Source of the DNA: a virus
Length of the DNA stretch: 61,027 bases
Strand: one strand, 5' to 3'
Virus genome (UHGV): UHGV-1381707
The notes beneath the pieces are model-generated. The model did no database searches. It was not told the DNA's origin and worked only from the letters and a program-made list of their open reading frames with translations. A program made the translations under genes and the position numbers. Of the stretch, positions 54,411 to 61,027 are shown piece after piece. The stretch's first letter is position 1; each line of letters begins with the position of its first letter.

Positions 54411-55985
54411 ATGACAGTATTTGAAATGAATGACGCGATTAATGATGCATTCACTGGAAAGATGGACAAATATGCGATTTATTTGCGTAAGTCCCGTGCT
54501 GACATTGAAGCCGAAAAGTTGGGCGAGGGCGAAACTTTAACCCGCCACAAAATGATTCTAACGGAACTAGCAGCACGAAAGGGTTTTTACATTGAAAAGA
54601 TTTATCAAGAAATCGTGTCAGGTGAAACAATCGAAGCGCGTGAGGAAATCCAAAAACTAATTAACGATTGCTATGCAGGGAAATATCGCGGGATTCTTGT
54701 AATCGACATCACAAGGCTGTCCCGTGGTAATCAGGGCGATGCACAAACAATCCTAGATTGCCTGAAGTTCGCAAATAATAACAACGGCGTGTTAGTAATA
54801 ACGCCAACTAAAACATACGATGTGGCACACAATCACGACGACGAAGAATACATGGAATTTGAATTGTTCATGTCACGTCGCGAATACAAGATGATTCGCA
54901 AGCGTATGGAACGCGGAAAACTTCAAGCTGTAGTCGAGGGAAATTACATTAGTTCATCTCGCCCGTATGGTTACAACATATTAAAGACTAAAACGGGTAG
55001 AACGCTGATCCCAAATGATGAAGAAGCTCCCGTGGTAAAGCAAATATTCGAATGGACTATAAAGAATAATTCCACGCCAGGCAAAATCGCTAGAAGATTG
55101 ACTGCGATGGGCGTTCCGACATACACGGGAATGCCCGAATGGTCCGACGAAACTATAAGAAGTATACTTCAAAATCCGGTTTATACAGGAAAAGTAAGAT
55201 GGAATAACAGAATGGCTGTGAAACGATTAGTTGATGGAGAACTGGTGAAAAGTCGCCCTCGCTGGAACCACAACGAACACTATATAGAAGTTGACGGTAA
55301 GCACAAACAATATGCCTTAATCGATGACGAAACATTCAAAAAAGCAGGACAAAGGTTTCATAGTGATAAAACGAGGGCTGGGCTTAAATTGGTGAACCCT
55401 CTTGCAGGAATTCTATGTTGTGCAAAATGTGGACGACCTATGATGTATATGCCATATGTAAACAATCCAACACCGCCAAGACTTGCACATAGGCATTCAC
55501 AAACGTGCAAAGTTAAGTCTGCAATAGCCAGTGACGTAATCGAAGCGGTAGTGCATGGTTTAAAGCTGTATATAGAAGATTTTGAAATGAAAATTGATGA
55601 AATGCCCGAAGTTGACGAAAATGCGATTGCGGACCAAATAGACGCCCTACAAAAAGAAATAAAAAAGATAAAAAAGAAGCTGTCGAAACTGTTCGATGCA
55701 TGGGAAAATGATGACATTACAGACAATGAATTTGTTCAGCGTAAAGCTGTCAATAATGCTCGTATAGACGCAATAAAAAATGAGATCGAAGAACTTGAAA
55801 ACACTATCCCTGAAAAAGAAGAACATGAAGATACTATAATGAAGCTGTCGGATGCGCTCGACGCGCTGCTCGACGAAGAACTCGAAGCAAGTGTTAAAAA
55901 CACATATTTGAAAGAGATTGTAAGTAAAATAGAGTTCAGTCGCGAAAACAATAAAGAATTTATATTGGACATAATCCTGAAGTAA
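54411..55985 (+). CDS. int: large serine recombinase (phage integrase)
   Basis: N-terminal resolvase catalytic region (YLRKSRAD with Ser; VIDITRLSRG). Recombinase domain. Zinc ribbon CCAKCGRPM...HRHSQTCK. C-terminal coiled-coil. 524 aa. Confidence 0.85.
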   Translation: MTVFEMNDAINDAFTGKMDKYAIYLRKSRADIEAEKLGEGETLTRHKMILTELAARKGFYIEKIYQEIVSGETIEAREEIQKLINDCYAGKYRGILVIDITRLSRGNQGDAQTILDCLKFANNNNGVLVITPTKTYDVAHNHDDEEYMEFELFMSRREYKMIRKRMERGKLQAVVEGNYISSSRPYGYNILKTKTGRTLIPNDEEAPVVKQIFEWTIKNNSTPGKIARRLTAMGVPTYTGMPEWSDETIRSILQNPVYTGKVRWNNRMAVKRLVDGELVKSRPRWNHNEHYIEVDGKHKQYALIDDETFKKAGQRFHSDKTRAGLKLVNPLAGILCCAKCGRPMMYMPYVNNPTPPRLAHRHSQTCKVKSAIASDVIEAVVHGLKLYIEDFEMKIDEMPEVDENAIADQIDALQKEIKKIKKKLSKLFDAWENDDITDNEFVQRKAVNNARIDAIKNEIEELENTIPEKEEHEDTIMKLSDALDALLDEELEASVKNTYLKEIVSKIEFSRENNKEFILDIILK

Positions 55986-56093
55986 CCGCATAACGACGGG
56001 CTTCGGGTACATTTTTAACTAAAATGTCTATCATGCGTGTGATGTTTTGATAGCGCATCGATGATATACATTAAGTAAAAGGAGGAAATATAA

Positions 56094-56189
56094 ATGAGAG
56101 TAGTGTGGAAAGATAGCGCCCAACTGGCGAATAAACAAGTGAAGAAAGAGATTAAGAAAGTCACTAAGAAAAATAACAAAACAGCATAG
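56094..56189 (+). CDS. very small basic ORF after int (31 aa) with strong RBS; coding status uncertain
   Basis: AAAGGAGGAAATATAAATG; MRVVWKDSAQLANKQVKKEIKKVTKKNNKTA. Confidence 0.2.
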   Translation: MRVVWKDSAQLANKQVKKEIKKVTKKNNKTA

Positions 56190-56202
56190 TTAAAGAAAAA
56201 GA

Positions 56203-56230
56203 AAAGGGGTTGCTCAAACGGCAGCCCCTA
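56203..56230. terminator. bidirectional rho-independent terminator between the int operon and the convergent lysis/tail operon
   Basis: GGGGTTGC-TCAAACG-GCAGCCCC with an A-run upstream and a T-rich run downstream. Confidence 0.55.
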
Positions 56231-56236
56231 ATCTTT

Positions 56237-56575
56237 CTATTTATTGATTATATGTTTCCCCTCAATTTCCTCTTTCATATGATCGAATGTTCCGTTTCCA
56301 TGTAAACCTTTATACGCTTGATGGAGCTTCATCCATCTGTCGAACACTCGTCGAGGAATATTGTCAGAATCAGCATACTGATCAAATATTTCTTCAAGTC
56401 TGACGCATAGTAATTGTCTTACGCCAGTCTCGAGAGCTGAGTCTTTTTTCATTTGTTCTTCCTCTCTGGCTTTAATTAATTTTCTATTCTCTTTCAATTG
56501 CCCCTGGAGAACAAAAATCAATATCGCCGAAACAACACTCGTCGCAATTGTAATTAAATATTCCACTCGCCTCAC
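56237..56575 (-). CDS. membrane protein at the end of the late operon; possible lysis accessory (112 aa)
   Basis: N-terminal TM helix ITIATSVVSAILIFVL, then a coiled-coil. Confidence 0.3.
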   Translation of the reverse strand: MRRVEYLITIATSVVSAILIFVLQGQLKENRKLIKAREEEQMKKDSALETGVRQLLCVRLEEIFDQYADSDNIPRRVFDRWMKLHQAYKGLHGNGTFDHMKEEIEGKHIINK

Positions 56576-56583
56576 CCCGCCAA

Positions 56584-56907
56584 TTATTCTTTATCTTTTT
56601 TGCCCTCTACAAACTGAGTAAACGCCTGGTGCATGCCAGTGGACGCGAGGCCCATAAGAGCGCCGTAAACGACAGACTCGATGGAAAACCCGCTTACGAA
56701 CGGATTTAAAATCGCACCAACTACTGCCAAAACGATAGGAATATCATTATTAGGCAACCACTTCATAAAAGAAGCATGCTTAATCAGGTAACCAACCAGT
56801 AAGCATGCAACCACAACAACCAGCACAAAATATTCACTTAACACCGTAAAATCCATAGAAGAACCTCCATCTATATTTAATAATTTTATTCGTTGTATAG
56901 TTCCCAT
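56584..56907 (-). CDS. holin
   Basis: 107 aa with two TM helices (YFVLVVVVACLLVGYLI; IVLAVVGAILNPFVSGF) and a charged C-terminus KKDKE. Located after the tail fiber genes. Confidence 0.6.
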   Translation of the reverse strand: MGTIQRIKLLNIDGGSSMDFTVLSEYFVLVVVVACLLVGYLIKHASFMKWLPNNDIPIVLAVVGAILNPFVSGFSIESVVYGALMGLASTGMHQAFTQFVEGKKDKE

Positions 56908-57314
56908 CCAGACGGATATGTATCTGGAGAGTAAACATTGCCATCCACAAGAGATTTGTAGAGCGCTCCATTGTAATTTACAATGTCGCCAGCATTATAA
57001 GCATCATGAGCACCAGTAGGCTGCGACCATACTGGATAACCACTATCGTCGAGTCCGATAACATCGTACAAAGACGCGGTTGTATCTGGAGTCCAATCAG
57101 CTTGACTGGTATGGTCTTGAACGACTTTATAAAGCAGAGGATCACCAACACTATTCTTACCGTAAGTAATATAATCTCCCGTTCGGTAAGCCTTCCCGAT
57201 TTCCCATTCGTCAAATATCATCGGTACCTCCATGGCTTGATCGTCTGTCAGAGAGGTCCCTAATATTTGAAGCGCTCTTCTGATTTGTTCCATAGCTTGT
57301 CTTTTGTCGGTCAT
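56886..57314 (-). CDS. tail-fiber-associated protein with two CBM5/12-like carbohydrate-binding repeats (XkdW-like position)
   Basis: TGDYITYGKN...LYKVVQDHTSQADWTP and AGDIVNYNGALYKSLVDGNVYSPDTYPSGWE. Confidence 0.4.
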   Translation of the reverse strand: MTDKRQAMEQIRRALQILGTSLTDDQAMEVPMIFDEWEIGKAYRTGDYITYGKNSVGDPLLYKVVQDHTSQADWTPDTTASLYDVIGLDDSGYPVWSQPTGAHDAYNAGDIVNYNGALYKSLVDGNVYSPDTYPSGWELYNE

Positions 57315-57655
57315 TCGGTCACCCCTAAAAGAATATTCAAAAGTTCTTCTGTGGTGGGTTTATTTCGTTCCTCTTCGATAGCCTCAAGCTCCTCGGCGGT
57401 GTACTCGATATATCTGCAAATATCCTCATACTCATCCCAAGCTTCTTTAGCTGTAACGCCAGGAACATCAATAACCCATTCGACATCTCTACCGCCGTTC
57501 GGATACTCCGCAACAGTCTCCCAATGACCTTCTTCTTCGACTGCTTCGACCGCATCATGATGCTTTACAAAAATATTTTCTTCACGCAAATATCCTTTTG
57601 AAAAATCTATTTCTTCTTCGAGCAATTCATTATTCAGCTCGTCCAAGATTCGCAT
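57311..57655 (-). CDS. small acidic protein downstream of the tail fiber gene (114 aa)
   Basis: Assigned from position; highly acidic. Confidence 0.3.
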   Translation of the reverse strand: MRILDELNNELLEEEIDFSKGYLREENIFVKHHDAVEAVEEEGHWETVAEYPNGGRDVEWVIDVPGVTAKEAWDEYEDICRYIEYTAEELEAIEEERNKPTTEELLNILLGVTE

Positions 57656-57667
57656 TTTATCACTCCT

Positions 57668-59755
57668 TTATGCGGTCCGTCTCCAGATCGAAACTTGAAT
57701 ATATGGAGGCATGTTATTATGTGCGTTTCCGCCGCCAGTGTTATTCGTTCTTATATTACCGGTATAGCCAGTTGTGCCGGCAGCTGTCGGAGCGTGAGTG
57801 GACCACGTTTGCGACTGTCCAGCAGAACTATAATTTAATAGATAATGCTGATGGCTCGGTATCTCATCTATCGTCAGAGTGACAGTAGCCGAACCTCCGG
57901 TATATCCGATTGTAGCGGACGAACCGACCGCGTAAAGAAAATAACCAGTAATCCTAGTCCAAGTTCCTCCGAATAATGAAGCCGGAGAAGTATGGCTATA
58001 CGAAATATAAATACTGTTTACTGGATAAATGGTATCTAATAGGCCTTTTACCGCAGTTATTTGTGTATATCCGCTTGTTGGGGAACTAGCATAGCCTACC
58101 GATACTTGGTCATACAACGTCCATCTATCGACGAATTTATGCGCACAGCTTTCCAATAGTACTTCGAATTTGGCATAACCATATGAATATGGTATATTGA
58201 CCCATAATTCATAGACTCCGGTCGTGTAAGCAAGAACAAAGTTGGACGGATTCAATCCGGTATCCGATTCAATTACGAGTTCTGCTTCACGGTGAGCCCC
58301 GTTTGCATCCGTACGGAATTTTGCATTTATTGTTCCGTAATCAACCACGTCGTTATGGTCATATGTTACTCGGAATGTTATTTGTTCTCTGTCATTTGAA
58401 CTGGTAGTAGTCATCGACGCAAACTTGTACCATGAATTATCGGATTTAGAGCCGGATTGTCCAACTATGCACCTTTTAGGTCTTACAAATTGACCTCCGA
58501 CGACTAGTCCATTATTAAATTGCGCCGGGTATTCCACCTCGAATAAATTGTCCGTGGTTGCCGGTTTTCCAAACGCAACTCCAGTTCCTCCAGCTTTGAA
58601 GTCTATAGGGAATACCATCGGAGCAATGTCCTGGATAAGCTCATTACTCCCAGAGGCATCAGCTACCGTAACTCGAATGTTATAGGTCGTTTCAGCATCG
58701 AACGATCCGCCTATAATTTTTTCGATCGAGCCACTTGTACCACTAGCTGATATGGATGTGGCGGACCCCCAAGAGGTAGCACTTTCGGTTTTATAGTCGA
58801 TTTTAATAGATGACACAGTTTTATCGGTCGCCCATGAGAACACAACAACCGCGTATGTGCCTTCGTCCGAAAGAGTTCCACTTGAGTCACATCTATCAAC
58901 GGTCATATTTGTAATTCTAGGGACGGTATATGCTAACTCCCAGATGGCATATAACACAATCGAGGCATTGGCGGTATACGAGTCCCCCGGCTGATATGAT
59001 GCCGTTGTAGAAGATGAAGAAACGCCCCATCCTTTAAAAGTATAATTAGTACGAGTAGGAACATCGCTGGATAGCGTTAAACTAACACCATGCGTTTTAA
59101 CTTGCGTTCCTGGTGCTCCGGTTCCACCGTTGTCAAAATATGCAACCGTATAAGTATTAGCGGTCCATTGGGCTGTCATAGTTGTGTTAGCATCGTAAGT
59201 GTAAGATGCCCCAGGAGAGAACGTTGCATTTTGTGCTGACGACAACCAATTTTTAAAGGAATATCCAGTACGCGTCGGTTTGGTACTTGATAGGGTTAGA
59301 GTTGTTCCTGCCCATTTTGTCTGGCTTCCTGGCGCCCCTGAGCCACCGTTAGCACTATATGAAACGGTATAAGACGTTTTGGCAGGAATCGAAATACTAC
59401 TCGATCCCGACATAGTCCCGCCATATGTTCCGCTCCAAGTAAGGTTCATTGGAACAGATATGCTAAATGATGCCGACCGCGCTGACGTTCCTTTACTGAC
59501 GGACACAGTACCGCTAGCGACGGTGTTAGTTCCGGTTACACCGTTTATAGCATAAGTAAAAGGCCCAACCGATTTACCGTCAATAGTTACAGAAACTGTT
59601 CTGTTACCAGCACCAGAGGTAACTGCCGCATAGTTGGCTACATATTGCACTGTATATGAAAGCGTAACAGTTGTACTGGCACTGCTAGATTGAGTGACAG
59701 TTAACTTGAAATATGGCGCAGTACTCACCCATTGTTTAGTTTGACAAGATGCCAT
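57668..59755 (-). CDS. tail fiber/receptor-binding protein with two Listeria-Bacteroides-type repeats and a C-terminal tail-collar domain
   Basis: Repeats YSANGGSGAPGSQTK...TRTGYSFKNW and YFDNGGTGAPGTQVK...TRTNYTFKGW. C-terminus ...SHQHYL...GGGNAHNNMPPYIQVSIWRRTA fits a tail-collar domain. Confidence 0.6.
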   Translation of the reverse strand: MASCQTKQWVSTAPYFKLTVTQSSSASTTVTLSYTVQYVANYAAVTSGAGNRTVSVTIDGKSVGPFTYAINGVTGTNTVASGTVSVSKGTSARSASFSISVPMNLTWSGTYGGTMSGSSSISIPAKTSYTVSYSANGGSGAPGSQTKWAGTTLTLSSTKPTRTGYSFKNWLSSAQNATFSPGASYTYDANTTMTAQWTANTYTVAYFDNGGTGAPGTQVKTHGVSLTLSSDVPTRTNYTFKGWGVSSSSTTASYQPGDSYTANASIVLYAIWELAYTVPRITNMTVDRCDSSGTLSDEGTYAVVVFSWATDKTVSSIKIDYKTESATSWGSATSISASGTSGSIEKIIGGSFDAETTYNIRVTVADASGSNELIQDIAPMVFPIDFKAGGTGVAFGKPATTDNLFEVEYPAQFNNGLVVGGQFVRPKRCIVGQSGSKSDNSWYKFASMTTTSSNDREQITFRVTYDHNDVVDYGTINAKFRTDANGAHREAELVIESDTGLNPSNFVLAYTTGVYELWVNIPYSYGYAKFEVLLESCAHKFVDRWTLYDQVSVGYASSPTSGYTQITAVKGLLDTIYPVNSIYISYSHTSPASLFGGTWTRITGYFLYAVGSSATIGYTGGSATVTLTIDEIPSHQHYLLNYSSAGQSQTWSTHAPTAAGTTGYTGNIRTNNTGGGNAHNNMPPYIQVSIWRRTA

Positions 59756-59759
59756 TCAA

Positions 59760-61027
59760 TCAACCTCCAATCCAGCGCAAGCCCATATTATTATTTTTAC
59801 GTTTTCTCCACACAAAACCGGTTCCTTCTCCAATTTGTAATTCATTCTTTATAATTGCTCTCTCAATGTAGAGTGTTTTATTACTCACATAGGCGATTTT
59901 ATCGGACCCTTCAAGGAATTCAACGGCAGTATTCGTTATTCGTACCTTAAAATCGTTATCGGATTTTCCAAGCTCAATGCACGGATTTCCGCCGTCGTCG
60001 GTAGTCATGTTAATATAAGCGGTCTTTTCTCCAAGATCGGCCGCAATGCTATTCAAATTTTCAATAGCTTTATCGGCTACGTCAGACCTACCAGAAAGCT
60101 CATTAAGGGCGCTAGCGGTATCGTCCAACTGATTATTGATACTGGATATGTTGAACGTCCAGCCGTCAGATGTCTGAGTCATCGCGGATTGGCCATTTTC
60201 GTCCGTAATAAGCATGGCTATGGAATCGGAAATTTGTTTTATTTCTGATTCGGAAATAGTAACGCGAGCTTCCGTGGCGTCCGCTGCCGCCTTTGCATCG
60301 TTGGCTGCGGTTTGAGCATTCTCAACCTCTACTGTTGTCGCCATATCCTCCGGTGCAGGAGTCCAGTCGGTAGCCTTATTGCCATACTCCAATTTGATTC
60401 CAGTAACCCATACTTCACCGGTAGAAGCTGATTCGAGACCTATCCATAACCGATTTAAAGTTACAGAAGCGACATCACTTCTAAATGTATATGAACCTGT
60501 TAATCTAACCCAATCGCTAGTTCCGCTAAACCCATTAGAAGTCCCGACAATAATAGGCCAAAAACTAGTAGTAGTTCCGTCCTCTAAAGTATAAGTTGCC
60601 GAGCTTTTTCCGATATTTAAAACGTTATAATAATTTTCGCCAGCGGTAACATTTTCATATTTCACCCAAAGACTAAGCGTAAGAGTCTTCCCTACTAGCT
60701 CTTCAGTCGGATTCAAAAATCGGTCTATTCGAATTTTATCCTCCATGGTAGTGGTATGAAGAGCTTGACTAAAACCTGTAGGATTTCCTTCTTCCAAATC
60801 CACTACTTCAGGGTCCCCAACGAATGTAGTCCCATCTGCCATGCGCCCTCTGGAAAAATCTCCGTTTACCCAAAGATTTCGACTTCCGATTTCAATTTCA
60901 TTAATCGCTGTAGTAACTTCCGTTTTAGTAGCCCTTAAAGAAATTTGTTCGGAATTTTGACTAATCGATGTTTCCGCCGAAGTCACCCTTGTCTCCAAAC
61001 TGTTAACTGCTTGTTGAGCCGAGTCAG
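59760..61027 (-). CDS. tail fiber protein, 5' portion (the frame is open upstream to the window end and continues into the ORF at 1-1927)
   Basis: The track start at 60998 is a TTG. The frame stays open to 61027 (...DSAQQAVNSLETRVTSAETSIS). Coiled-coil segments VENAQTAANDAKAAADATEARV repeat the motif found at window positions 19-55. Confidence 0.6.
   Translation of the reverse strand, partial: DSAQQAVNSLETRVTSAETSISQNSEQISLRATKTEVTTAINEIEIGSRNLWVNGDFSRGRMADGTTFVGDPEVVDLEEGNPTGFSQALHTTTMEDKIRIDRFLNPTEELVGKTLTLSLWVKYENVTAGENYYNVLNIGKSSATYTLEDGTTTSFWPIIVGTSNGFSGTSDWVRLTGSYTFRSDVASVTLNRLWIGLESASTGEVWVTGIKLEYGNKATDWTPAPEDMATTVEVENAQTAANDAKAAADATEARVTISESEIKQISDSIAMLITDENGQSAMTQTSDGWTFNISSINNQLDDTASALNELSGRSDVADKAIENLNSIAADLGEKTAYINMTTDDGGNPCIELGKSDNDFKVRITNTAVEFLEGSDKIAYVSNKTLYIERAIIKNELQIGEGTGFVWRKRKNNNMGLRWIGG

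Noticed and set aside
1-61027. CRISPR arrays, rRNA genes, transposases or insertion sequences
   Set aside because: No regularly spaced direct repeats with unique spacers. No rRNA-like conserved blocks. No DDE-type or IS-type ORFs. The only recombinase is the serine integrase.

Overview
This 61-kb window looks like a complete temperate siphovirus-type phage or prophage genome from a Firmicutes-like host (GGAGG ribosome-binding sites, roughly 40% GC). The first and last ORFs are two halves of one tail-fiber gene, so the replicon appears circular or circularly permuted. Almost every gene is on the minus strand; the exception is a lysogeny cassette on the plus strand with an XRE repressor (53899-54297) and a large serine recombinase integrase (54411-55985). 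Reading the minus strand away from the repressor gives this order: (1) 53.6-43.6 kb, about 25 small and mostly membrane-protein genes, many with their own conserved promoter-like element and terminator hairpin, including three paralogous two-transmembrane proteins and a lipoprotein. (2) 43-28 kb, replication and nucleotide-metabolism genes: a 1318-aa SF3-helicase/AEP-primase/family-B polymerase fusion, an SF2 helicase, a ThyX-like gene split by a structured ~390-nt insert, a lytic transglycosylase, a 22-bp iteron array, VRR-NUC and PD-(D/E)xK nucleases. (3) 27.7-24.7 kb, a 1010-aa protein carrying both beta-like and beta-prime-like double-psi beta-barrel motifs (GADFDGD), which I interpret as a YonO-type single-subunit RNA polymerase. 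(4) 24-0 kb, packaging and morphogenesis: HNH endonuclease, TerL, portal, protease-major-capsid fusion, tail tube, chaperones, an amidase_2+SPOR endolysin placed unusually before a 2367-aa tape measure, LysM/FN3 distal tail protein and tail fibers. A holin lies far from the endolysin, at 56.6 kb next to the integrase. No rRNA, intact tRNA or CRISPR array was seen; three tRNA-like fragments are noted. All protein calls rest on motifs read by eye from the translations, not on database searches.
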